This document shows positions 8,769-16,868 of a stretch of DNA of 64,000 bases, one piece after another (position 1 is the first letter of the stretch; every line of letters begins with the position of its first letter). Source of the stretch: an uncultured delta proteobacterium. Lineage in GTDB: Bacteria > Desulfobacterota > BSN033 > UBA1163. Where the stretch lies: NCBI GenBank assembly GCA_963827685.1, contig CAWHBU010000002.1, positions 1-64,000 on the forward strand, read 5' to 3'. Under the pieces are notes generated by a model. That model made no database searches, had not been told where the DNA came from, and was given only the letters and a program-made list of their open reading frames with translations. Position numbers and translations under genes: made by a program.

Positions 8769-10709
8769 ATGGAGAATGTAGCAGGAGTCAGGAGGAAGAG
8801 CAAGAGGAAAGAGGGTCGGTATGGAAAGCGGTATGAGTTAGAGTTGAAGCTTCGTTGTGTGAAGCTGCGATTGGAAGAAGGATTACCGGTTTCACTTTTG
8901 AGTAAGGAGGTTGGATGCAGTAACGACGTTATTCGTCGTTGGGTGAAGGCGTATCAGGAGCGGGGAGAGGCGGGGTTACAGAATCGGGTTGTATCCGCGG
9001 GGAGACGGCGGAAGCTTCCCGGTCCGGTACGTGAGAAGATTGTCGAGATCAAGAAACGGGAGCCCCTCTTTGGTGTCAAGCGGATTTCCCATCTTTTAAA
9101 GCGTGCGTTCTTCCTCAGTGCCAGCCCAGAAACAGTTCGGCGGACGCTGCGGGCAGAATCGTTAATAGTTCCCTCCAAAAAGAAACACCAGCGCAACGTA
9201 ACCCGTCCTCGGTTTTTTGAGCGGTCGACACCGAATCAAATGTGGCAGTCAGATATCTTTACGTTCCGTTTAGGGGGTCGGTATGCCTATTTGATTGGGT
9301 TTATCGATGATTATTCGCGGTATGTGGCGGGCTTGGAGTTATACCGGACTCAGACAGCGGATCAGGTGTTAGAGGTGTATCGTCGGGCAATTGGGGAGTA
9401 TGGGGTGCCGAAGGAGATGCTCACGGACCGGGGGCGGCAATATACAAACTGGCGTGGATCGACCCGGTTTGAGCGGGAGTTAGGGAAGGATCGGGTGAGG
9501 CACATTAAATCGCAGGCCCACCATCCGATGACGTTAGGGAAGATCGAGCGGTTTTGGAAGACGATCTATGAGGAGTTTTTGGTGCGGGCGCAGTTTGTGA
9601 GTTTCGAGGAGGCAAGAGAAAGAATCCGGCACTGGGTGCAGTATTACAATCACAAGCGGCCTCACCAGGGAATTGCGGGGCTGTGCCCTGCAGATCGGTA
9701 CTTTGAGATCCAGGCAGAGCTGCGAAAGACGATGGAACGGGGGATTGCGGAGAATGTGCTGGAGATGGCGCTAAGGGGGAAACCACGAGAACCGTTTTAC
9801 ATGGTGGGGCGTATGGAGGGCCAGTCGGTGGTATTACGGGCGGAGAAGGGAAAGCTGCGTTTGATGGTGGATGATGAGGAGGGCGGTGGAAAGAAGGAGA
9901 TGATCTATGAAGTTGGCGCCAAAGGCGAAGAGAAAGATCGTTCTATTAAGAAGGAGGACAGCGATGGACAAGGTAGACAAGCCGAAGGCGGAGAGGCCAG
10001 GGATAGAGGACAAGAGAGGGAGAAAGGTTTCGAGGCATACGGCGGAGGAGAAGTGCCGGGCGGTGCTCTCGGTGTGGACGGAGAGACGCAAACCCGGAGA
10101 GGTTTGCCGGGAGTTAGGGGTTACGTGGAATTTATTAACCCAGTGGCAGGACCAGGCGATGGAGGGGATGCTCTTGTCGTTGCAGCCCAGGGTTTCAGTG
10201 GAGAAAGGAGTAGCATTGAACCCGCGCCTTGCAGTATTGTTAGAGCGGAAGAGCAAGGGAGGGGAGATGAAAGGGTTGGAGCGGCGTTTGGCCCGACTCC
10301 AAGGGAGCCCGGTCAAACAAGGGGAGTTGCGGGAGATTGCAGCAGAGAAGAAGGTCTAACGATCTTCGGGGAGACTGGGAATGAAGGAAAGGAGACGGCG
10401 ACACAAGAAGGAGAAGGAGCAGAAGCTTGCGCGGGAGCGGGCGTTGGCGATTCTTCAGGTGCGCAGCGGAGCCTTAACGGCAAAGGAGGGAGCGAAGCGG
10501 CTGGGGGTATCGCGCAAGACGTATTACGAGTGGGAGGAGAAGTCCCTGAAAGCCATGGCCCTGGCGTTGGAGAATCGTTCTGCAGGGAGGCCCACTGCGC
10601 CTATAGACGAGGAGAAGGAGACGCTACGGGAGAGGATCCGGGAGTTAGAGAAGAAACTGGATCTGGCCGAGAAGGCCGTCCGGGTGAAGGAGCTGCTGGG
10701 GACCAATGA
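8769..10709 (+). CDS. IS481-like transposase (HTH-HTH-rve) with a long low-complexity tail
   Basis: PNQMWQSDIF, FIDDYSRY, LTDRGRQY, GKIERFWKT, YNHKRPHQGI; tail after ~aa 400 overlaps two other ORFs. Confidence 0.85.
   Translation: MENVAGVRRKSKRKEGRYGKRYELELKLRCVKLRLEEGLPVSLLSKEVGCSNDVIRRWVKAYQERGEAGLQNRVVSAGRRRKLPGPVREKIVEIKKREPLFGVKRISHLLKRAFFLSASPETVRRTLRAESLIVPSKKKHQRNVTRPRFFERSTPNQMWQSDIFTFRLGGRYAYLIGFIDDYSRYVAGLELYRTQTADQVLEVYRRAIGEYGVPKEMLTDRGRQYTNWRGSTRFERELGKDRVRHIKSQAHHPMTLGKIERFWKTIYEEFLVRAQFVSFEEARERIRHWVQYYNHKRPHQGIAGLCPADRYFEIQAELRKTMERGIAENVLEMALRGKPREPFYMVGRMEGQSVVLRAEKGKLRLMVDDEEGGGKKEMIYEVGAKGEEKDRSIKKEDSDGQGRQAEGGEARDRGQEREKGFEAYGGGEVPGGALGVDGETQTRRGLPGVRGYVEFINPVAGPGDGGDALVVAAQGFSGERSSIEPAPCSIVRAEEQGRGDERVGAAFGPTPREPGQTRGVAGDCSREEGLTIFGETGNEGKETATQEGEGAEACAGAGVGDSSGAQRSLNGKGGSEAAGGIAQDVLRVGGEVPESHGPGVGESFCREAHCAYRRGEGDATGEDPGVREETGSGREGRPGEGAAGDQ
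9964..10359 (+). CDS. HTH protein (OrfA-like) nested in another frame of the transposase tail
   Basis: AGGAGG before ATG 9964; HTAEEKCRAVLSVW...GEVCRELGVTWNLLTQW HTH pattern. Confidence 0.65.
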   Translation: MDKVDKPKAERPGIEDKRGRKVSRHTAEEKCRAVLSVWTERRKPGEVCRELGVTWNLLTQWQDQAMEGMLLSLQPRVSVEKGVALNPRLAVLLERKSKGGEMKGLERRLARLQGSPVKQGELREIAAEKKV

Positions 10710-10794
10710 GGAGTTTCGGAATAATGGCACTAAAAAAAACCGACGGATCGGCAAGAGGCAATCAAAAGGGTTGTGGAGATCATTGAGGAGATGA
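10381..10794 (+). CDS. HTH/coiled-coil OrfA of the second transposase
   Basis: AKEGAKRLGVSRKTYYEWE HTH, GRP, then coiled coil; ends over the A8C run at 10732-10740. Confidence 0.75.
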   Translation: MKERRRRHKKEKEQKLARERALAILQVRSGALTAKEGAKRLGVSRKTYYEWEEKSLKAMALALENRSAGRPTAPIDEEKETLRERIRELEKKLDLAEKAVRVKELLGTNEEFRNNGTKKNRRIGKRQSKGLWRSLRR

Positions 10795-11816
10795 AGGAAC
10801 GAACAGGGATGCCTTATAAGATGATCTGCGAGACGCTCCAATTACCCTTGGGGAGTTTTAATCGATGGCGGTGTCGGATTCGGGAAGGCTTGGTTTTAAT
10901 CAAGCGTCCGGGTCCGAAGAAGGTGGAGTCGTTTGATTCCTCGGTCCTTGACGCGGAGATTCGATTGTTAGGTCATGGAAAGAAACGGAGCGCAGGGACC
11001 ACCGAGTTGTACCAACGACACTACTTGAGTTTGTCCCGGCGAGAGCTGGGGCGAATGGTAGAAAGGGTGAGGCAGGATCTTTGGGCAGATTATCGGCGGC
11101 ACCTTCGGCGGGTTGAATGGCTCATGCCCGGGGTTGCTTGGGCGATGGACGGCACGGAATACGACGTGGGCCTCACTGGCAAAGTCTATCTGTGCAATAT
11201 GCAGGATTTGAGTTCGAGGTATAAGTTCTTGCCTCTGGCAGGGGAGTATCCGGTCGGTGAAGAGATCGCGGGATACTTGAGCGAGAAGTTTGATCGGTAC
11301 GGTGCTCCTTTAGTGCTGAAACGAGATAACGAGGGTAATATGAACCATGCAGCCGTGAACGAGGTTCTGGAGGAATTCTTCATTCTACCCCTAAACAGCC
11401 CCGAGTATTACGCACCGTATAATGGAGCGATTGAGGAGTCACAGCGGGAGTTAAAGAGTTGTTTGCGGGAGAAGCTTGTGCTGGGTTTGCCAGACTGCTC
11501 CGATCATCTTGCTGCGTATGCAGAAGCTACGGTCAATGATCTGAACCATCGGATCCGACCTTGCCTCAACGGAAGGACCTCCTGCCAGGTATTCTTTGAA
11601 TCCGCCAACAAACCAGTATTTACAAAGCGCCAAAGGAGGGAGATTTATGATAGTATAATGGAAAAGGTAGAAAGGATTTCATCGGCGATGAAACAACCCA
11701 CACAGGCTATCAGAGAACTGGCCTGGAGGATTGCGTTGGAGTCGTGGCTCAGATCTGAGGGATATATCAAGGTTTACATCAACCAAAAGTGTCACCCAAT
11801 TTTATCCCTTTTTTAG
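10773..11816 (+). CDS. Integrase-core (rve) OrfB, probably fused to OrfA by a -1 frameshift
   Basis: WAMDGT, QDLSSRY, LKRDNEGN, YNGAIEE, LNHRIRPCL; the -1 frame opens at 10734, directly after a TAA, within the A run. Confidence 0.8.
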   Translation: MEIIEEMKERTGMPYKMICETLQLPLGSFNRWRCRIREGLVLIKRPGPKKVESFDSSVLDAEIRLLGHGKKRSAGTTELYQRHYLSLSRRELGRMVERVRQDLWADYRRHLRRVEWLMPGVAWAMDGTEYDVGLTGKVYLCNMQDLSSRYKFLPLAGEYPVGEEIAGYLSEKFDRYGAPLVLKRDNEGNMNHAAVNEVLEEFFILPLNSPEYYAPYNGAIEESQRELKSCLREKLVLGLPDCSDHLAAYAEATVNDLNHRIRPCLNGRTSCQVFFESANKPVFTKRQRREIYDSIMEKVERISSAMKQPTQAIRELAWRIALESWLRSEGYIKVYINQKCHPILSLF

Positions 11817-11876
11817 CTCACGAATAGGTAGGGCGCACAGTCATTTAGAATCCTCCCTTAAGTCGAAAACAAAATC

Positions 11877-12092
11877 CTACTCCTTAGAAGACTCGTGTCT
11901 TACTAACGCCTGCGAATACAATCTTTTCTTCCCTCCGGCAATTACTGAAACTCCACCCGCCAACTCATAACCGTCATCAAGAAGCCTTTCAACTCTCAAT
12001 TCAAAATTTCTCAAATCCTCTTCTTCGAGCTTCGGGTCCTTCACCACTTTCGTTAAATCCACCTCTCTTTGCACAATCACATATCGCTTCAT
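11877..12092 (-). CDS. Small protein, DUF1737-like
   Basis: GGAGG RBS; VERLLDDGYELAGGVSV...YSQALV pattern. Confidence 0.5.
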   Translation of the reverse strand: MKRYVIVQREVDLTKVVKDPKLEEEDLRNFELRVERLLDDGYELAGGVSVIAGGKKRLYSQALVRHESSKE

Positions 12093-12181
12093 CCGAACCA
12101 CCTCCCTTTGTCAACTGAGACGGCAATTGGCCTCGTAGAATGAATTATCTGTCGCATATTATACAAAAAGCAACACGGTGT

Positions 12182-12212
12182 CGCAAATTAGTTATCCACA
12201 AGTGAAGCAAAT
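12182..12212 (+). repeat. 31-bp direct repeat, copy 1 (copy 2 at 13332-13362), containing TTATCCACA
   Basis: cgcaaattagttatccacaagtgaagcaaat vs cgcaaattaattatccacaagtgagccaaat. Confidence 0.7.
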
Positions 12213-12445
12213 AAAAGAATTTTTGAAGGAGAGAGAAAGAAAATATCGCCGTTCTTCTTAGAAGGCGATAGGAGATTGGTCAGAAAACCCGTTGAACAAA
12301 TCTATGGTAAGGAGGACTATTAGACTATTACAACTTTAAGCCTTACACCTTGGTAGAATGTTTGGTATAATGAATCAAGGGGTAACGAATACAATCAGAC
12401 CCGGAGTCGTGAAGAAGATTTGACTTTCAGGACATTTAGCGGGAT

Positions 12446-13303
12446 ATGAATCTCAATACGCCCGCAGAATACGCTCAATGTAAATCGACAGAAAGAACAA
12501 AACCTATGAACCATTCAGATACTCTCGGGATGTCCGTCAATTTTGAGGTCGTACAGATAAAAAAGGGTAACACAACGAACACCATCGCATCAGTACCCAC
12601 AGAAGTACCGCTCACGATTGTGGCGAACGATGAAGAGATTGCCACGCTCTCAGGCAGCCCTGATCATCTGCGGGAATTCGTTTACGGATTCCTATTTACC
12701 GCCGGTTTCATTCAAGAGGCCCATGATGTCCAATCTTTCTTTTGGGATGAGACAAAATGGCGGATCGAAGTGAAACTGAACAATCCGCCGGAACCTAACC
12801 TGCTTACAAAACGGCTCTATACGTCGGGTTGTGGAAGAGGCGTTATGTTCTCCAGTGTGGTTGAACTCGCTCTACGAAGACCTCTTGCAGATGAATTTAC
12901 AATTGACAGCGATGTTATTCTTCGACTTATGCGATGGCTGCAAACCTCATCGCAACTTTATCGAAGCACAAGAGGAGTCCATACCGCTGCATTAAGCAAA
13001 GGAGGAACACTGCCGGAAATAGTCTGTGACGACATTGGCAGACATAATGCAGTTGACAAAGTCATAGGTTCCGCCCTCATTACAGGGGTTGATTTCAAAG
13101 TGTCGGTATTACTGTGTTCAGGACGCATTTCATCGGATATTCTTTTTAAAGCTAAACGGTGCGAGATTCCCGTGCTGATTTCCCTCGGTGCACCAACGCA
13201 TCAGGCAGTCCTGCTTGCGCGCGATATGCATATGACACTGGTTGGTTTTGCACGAGGATTGTCGTTCACTATATTTTCGCACTCCGAAAGAATTATCATA
13301 TGA
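12446..13303 (+). CDS. fdhD: Formate dehydrogenase accessory sulfurtransferase FdhD
   Basis: TEVPLTI, TSGCGRG, TRGVHTAAL, DDIGRHNAVDKVIG, SGRISSD, TLVGFARG; true start may be 12506. Confidence 0.9.
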   Translation: MNLNTPAEYAQCKSTERTKPMNHSDTLGMSVNFEVVQIKKGNTTNTIASVPTEVPLTIVANDEEIATLSGSPDHLREFVYGFLFTAGFIQEAHDVQSFFWDETKWRIEVKLNNPPEPNLLTKRLYTSGCGRGVMFSSVVELALRRPLADEFTIDSDVILRLMRWLQTSSQLYRSTRGVHTAALSKGGTLPEIVCDDIGRHNAVDKVIGSALITGVDFKVSVLLCSGRISSDILFKAKRCEIPVLISLGAPTHQAVLLARDMHMTLVGFARGLSFTIFSHSERIII

Positions 13304-13353
13304 TTTCTTTTAACGAAGCGATCAGCACTGACGCAAATTAATTATCCACAAGT

Positions 13354-13553
13354 GAGCCAAATCGTTTATCCTTGACTTTGTATATATTTCACGAAAGTTT
13401 CCTTCTGACCCCAGGCTTTTTTCCTGAAAAAGAAGAAGTATCTGCACCGCACCCTGTGGATTGTTGATTGGAATATATAAATTTTATGAAAATTGGTCAA
13501 CCGAAACTTTCAGGAAGAAAGAGTCAAAGAAGTGGGATGTTTGTTCCACCTAC
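13354..13553 (-). repeat. ~200-bp dispersed repeat, copy 1 (uninterrupted)
   Basis: tttatccttgactttg...ctgaccccaggctttttt...tatctgcaccgc...ggaatata...ggtcaaccgaaactttcag...gagtcaaagaagtggg...ccacctac; matches six other loci. Confidence 0.9.
13472..13500 (-). promoter_or_regulatory. Sigma70-like promoter inside the repeat (also at 15907-15935, 18553-18581, 27870-27898, 33531-33559, 39237-39265)
   Basis: Minus strand TTGACC-N17-TATATT; hexamers and spacer length identical in 6 of 6 copies while spacer bases vary. Confidence 0.65.
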
Positions 13554-13781
13554 AGGTCAATAGTGGGAACCATATTCAGGAATAGAAGATTACGGGTTGA
13601 AATGTAGTATAATGTTCTTGGTGCAAAAGAAGCGCGAAGGGTTTTAACGTTTGTCTTTTGCACCATGTTAGCCGTCCGCTGCAGGCATTCCTAAAATAGA
13701 ACCGTCGCATTTTTTATTTTTTGACGATCTTTAGATGAAGTGATTCCTAATTCTCAATTCCGGCGGTCCCTGTCGCCTCTT

Positions 13782-14114
13782 TCATATTCCAATGTTCGAT
13801 AAGGTATTGCAGATCGAATTGACAATCCCCACGAGCTTAGGATGGGAATTCTCGAACCTTTCCACAGAGGTAGAAAGCCCCTTCAAGGATAGATTGAGAA
13901 GTTGCGGATTCTTCTTCTCACGGATTGCCTCGTGAATTGAGACTTCGGTAAAACCGGTAATACTCAGGGCGTCCTCGGCGTCGGTCTTGGAGAGTTGGGA
14001 AACTTCGGTCTTCAAAGTGGAAAGCAGATCCAGTAATTCCTTCTTTCTTTCGTCATCTAAAGATTTGGCCCTTTTGATTCTCGCTTCAATTTGGTTAATT
14101 GTCTCCTCGACCAT
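13782..14114 (-). CDS. DUF4404-family protein
   Basis: C-terminal SVERFENSHPKLVGIVNSICNTLSNIGI is characteristic; AGGA RBS before MVEET. Confidence 0.7.
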   Translation of the reverse strand: MVEETINQIEARIKRAKSLDDERKKELLDLLSTLKTEVSQLSKTDAEDALSITGFTEVSIHEAIREKKNPQLLNLSLKGLSTSVERFENSHPKLVGIVNSICNTLSNIGI

Positions 14115-14201
14115 ATTTTCATCCTTTCTTCCAGGCACTCAATAAGAGAAACTGATGAGGGTCTCTGGCTCCCTTTCTGCTGCTCTGGGGTCGAATCTTT
14201 A

Positions 14202-15796
14202 CAGTCTGTTGAAAAACTAAGCATTTATCAGCAACCCTGAAGAAAATATTGAGTTCGAAACCTGAAAAGAGTCATCAAACCAAATAATTTAGAAAATGTC
14301 TTTGAAAGAAACGATTCCCCAAGCTGTTGGGCCACCTGGGCTTGCTTTGTGTATCCTCCTTTGGATAACAGCTTTACCATCCTTTTTATATTCTGCGCTG
14401 TCGCCGTCATTAATACCTGTTCTCTGATAAACTTCCGCCTCCGGAATTTAGCCCTCCTCAGTCCCATCCACTCCTTTGCTTCTCCAAATAGCTCCTCAAT
14501 CCTCTTCCTCATCCTCTGCGATATCCGATAAGCCCTTGTTTGATTGATTTGCCTCGCTTGATTGATAAACTCCTCATAAATGTGATAACTGAGTGATCTG
14601 GACCTGTCCCTCGTACACTCCGCCTTCCTCGAACACACTTTGCAATCCTTCGCCCTCGCCCTATAGACATGCTGCTTACTGGGTTTATGAATTCCCCAAT
14701 ATTTCAACTCCTTCCCCGACGGACAGAGAAACCGGTTTTCACCCGGATCAAAGCTAAATTGTTCTATCGAGTAGATCCCTCGATCGTTTTGACTCCGAGA
14801 ATCCATGATTGGAATGTGAGGCTGTACCTTCTCTTTGACCAGTGCATTGATAAATTCTCCCGTGGAGTACCCCTTATCTGCTCCTAAGCTCTCCGGCTTT
14901 ATCCCAAAAGCAAATGGAATCCTTCGTATCTGCTTCAACGCCTTTTCGCAGTCAGTTTTCCGATCTGGTTTTCCCACATCCGCCCCTACGATGATCCGGC
15001 TCCGGTTGTCCATGATATAGGTCACTCCATGATAAAGTTGGGTGTTTGCTTTCAACGATTTCCTTGCCAGACGGGCATCCGGATCGGTCTTGGACCGATG
15101 AGTCCCATTGCTTATTTTCTGACCCCGATGGGGATAGTCGTCCCCAGGCTCCCAAGGCTCTTCTGTTACAGGGTTTTCTCTCTCTAATTTCTCTATGTAT
15201 TCTCCTGTCCCCATGGTCACCACTATTGGTTCTAGACTCTTTAAGGCCGCATTGGCTTGTACATAGGTGCTGTCCACCGTCAGATGCTTTCCTGTTAACA
15301 ACCCCTGAGAGACACATTGATTCACAATCTCGTCAAAGATTCTCTGAAATAGATCGCTCTCTGAAAACCGCTCATGCCGATTCTTGGAGAAGGTCGAATG
15401 ATCTGGCACCTTGTCTTCAAGGTTCAAGCCCACAAACCACCTGTACCCAATGTGCATCTGTACTTCTTCGCATAGGCGACGCTCTGATGTGATTCCATAC
15501 AGATACCCAATTAAAAGCATCCTGAGTAATACCTCCGGATCAATCGATGGACGCCCTGTATGACTGTATAGATGCTTCACTTTGTCCCGAATGAATTTTA
15601 GATCGATATGTCTGTCGATCAATCTTAGAAGATGGTTCTCTGGAACGATATCTTCCATCCGGACATAGTAGAACATGCGCTCACTTCGTGGGTTTTCTCC
15701 TAACAATGGCTCCTCCTTTATTCAAAAGTTGCCATATTCTACCATTGTGATATATTAAAGCAAAGAATTTATTGAATAGAGTTTTTCAACAGACTG
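14202..15796 (-). mobile_element. IS1182-family element type A, copy 1 (1595 bp)
   Basis: Perfect 17-bp IR CAGTCTGTTGAAAAACT; TSD TTTA; three copies with identical transposases. Confidence 0.93.
14228..15706 (-). CDS. IS1182-family transposase (type A)
   Basis: GRPSIDPEVLLRMLLIGYLYGITSERRL, VPDHSTFS, VDST, TDPDARL, ADKGY, C-terminal Cys cluster, RKRIEELFG. Confidence 0.93.
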   Translation of the reverse strand: MLGENPRSERMFYYVRMEDIVPENHLLRLIDRHIDLKFIRDKVKHLYSHTGRPSIDPEVLLRMLLIGYLYGITSERRLCEEVQMHIGYRWFVGLNLEDKVPDHSTFSKNRHERFSESDLFQRIFDEIVNQCVSQGLLTGKHLTVDSTYVQANAALKSLEPIVVTMGTGEYIEKLERENPVTEEPWEPGDDYPHRGQKISNGTHRSKTDPDARLARKSLKANTQLYHGVTYIMDNRSRIIVGADVGKPDRKTDCEKALKQIRRIPFAFGIKPESLGADKGYSTGEFINALVKEKVQPHIPIMDSRSQNDRGIYSIEQFSFDPGENRFLCPSGKELKYWGIHKPSKQHVYRARAKDCKVCSRKAECTRDRSRSLSYHIYEEFINQARQINQTRAYRISQRMRKRIEELFGEAKEWMGLRRAKFRRRKFIREQVLMTATAQNIKRMVKLLSKGGYTKQAQVAQQLGESFLSKTFSKLFGLMTLFRFRTQYFLQGC

Positions 15797-16009
15797 TTTA
15801 TCCTTGACTTTGCCTATATTTCACGAACATTTCCTTATGACCCCAGGCTTTTTTCCCCTGAAAACGAAGAAATATCTGCACCGCCACCCCGTGGATTCCT
15901 GATTGGAATATACATATTTTATGAAAATTGGTCAACCCGAAACTTTCAGAAAGAGGTTGCGGGTAGAAGACTAACTGGGGGGGTTGGTGGTGTTAAACCA
16001 CCACCGGAC

Positions 16010-16038
16010 TTGCAATATATCGAATATCGATATATAAT
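16010..16038 (+). promoter_or_regulatory. higBA promoter with palindromic operator
   Basis: TTGCAA-N17-TATAAT overlapping atatatcga-ata-tcgatatat. Confidence 0.65.
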
Positions 16039-16045
16039 AAAACTG

Positions 16046-16324
16046 ATGATCAAGAGTTTTCGTGGTAAAGACACCCAAGCCCTGTTCGAGGGGCGCTGCC
16101 CACGCCGCTGGCAGGCCATCCGCAGAGTGGCCGAGCGAAAGTTGATCCAGTTGAATGCTGCGGCGACTCTTGATTTTCTGAGGGCGCCGCCAGGCAACCG
16201 CCTGGAAGCACTGAAAGGAGAGCGTGCAGGCCAGCACAGCATCCGTATCAACGAACAGTGGCGTGTGTGTTTTACCTGGACAGCCGGAGATGTATTTGAC
16301 GTTGAGATTGTAGATTACCATTAA
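16046..16324 (+). CDS. higB: HigB (RelE/ParE-family) toxin
   Basis: MIKSFRGKDT...LRAPPGNRLEALKGERAGQHSIRINEQWRVCF...VEIVDYH. Confidence 0.93.
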   Translation: MIKSFRGKDTQALFEGRCPRRWQAIRRVAERKLIQLNAAATLDFLRAPPGNRLEALKGERAGQHSIRINEQWRVCFTWTAGDVFDVEIVDYH

Positions 16325-16336
16325 GGAGGTGTGATC

Positions 16337-16639
16337 ATGATCAAGAACGGTATGCGCCCTATTCACCCGGGCGAGATATTGCGTGAGGATTACATGCTGC
16401 CGCTGGGGCTGTCAGCCACCGCTTTGGCCCACGCGTTGGGCGTGACGCCCGCCCGCATCAACGATATTGTGCGCGAGCGGCGTGGCATCACAGCTGATAC
16501 AGCGTTACGTCTGGCGCGGTACTTCGGCACGGATGCACAATCGTGGATCAACCTGCAAACCGCGTACGATCTCCGCGTGGCCGAGCTGGCGGCAGGTGAG
16601 GCGATAGATCGCGTCGTGAAACCTCGCCGGGCCGCGTAA
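16337..16639 (+). CDS. higA: HigA antitoxin (Xre HTH)
   Basis: MRPIHPGEILREDY...RGITADTALRLARYFGT...WINLQTAYDL. Confidence 0.93.
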   Translation: MIKNGMRPIHPGEILREDYMLPLGLSATALAHALGVTPARINDIVRERRGITADTALRLARYFGTDAQSWINLQTAYDLRVAELAAGEAIDRVVKPRRAA

Positions 16640-16706
16640 GATCCCGGAGAGGGGCTTTGGGTCGAATCTTTATCCTTATCTTGGGGACGGTTCTTATATT
16701 CTGATT

Positions 16707-16813
16707 GAAGCTCCTCGCCCACAGGGCGGGGCTTCCCGGTATTGTATAATATCATTCATATTGTGCCCCTTAACCCTGCCTGCAAGGCGGGGCTTGCGGG
16801 GCACGTTCCGGCC
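16707..16813. mobile_element. ~107-bp non-coding element with two GC-rich hairpins, likely an IS200/IS605-derived miniature element
   Basis: gaagctcctcgcccacagggcggggcttc and gtgccccttaaccctgcctgcaaggcggggcttgcggggcac joined by an AT-rich linker. Confidence 0.55.
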
Positions 16814-16868
16814 ATTAACATTAGATACAAACTATTTTATTGGTCTCGCCATTTTTGTCCCATGTCAA

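Larger units (their letters stand above)
8694..11831 (+). mobile_element. 3.1-kb IS-like element with two DDE integrases and two HTH ORFs
   Basis: Imperfect ~45-bp IRs (left ...aaaagggagaaatgggtgacact; right reverse complement ...aaaagggataaaattgggtgacact); termini CTA...TAG; removal rejoins the LytTR frame (V-S-R-A-H-S-H-L); no TSD seen. Confidence 0.75.
14187..15954 (-). repeat. Dispersed repeat copy 2, split by IS1182-A (halves 14187-14201 and 15797-15954)
   Basis: ggggtcgaatcttta|IS|tttatccttgactttgcc...ttcagaaaga. Confidence 0.88.

Noticed and set aside
12192-13350. oriC, based on two DnaA boxes
   Set aside because: Only two boxes 1.1 kb apart, with no cluster, unwinding element or dnaA/dnaN context.
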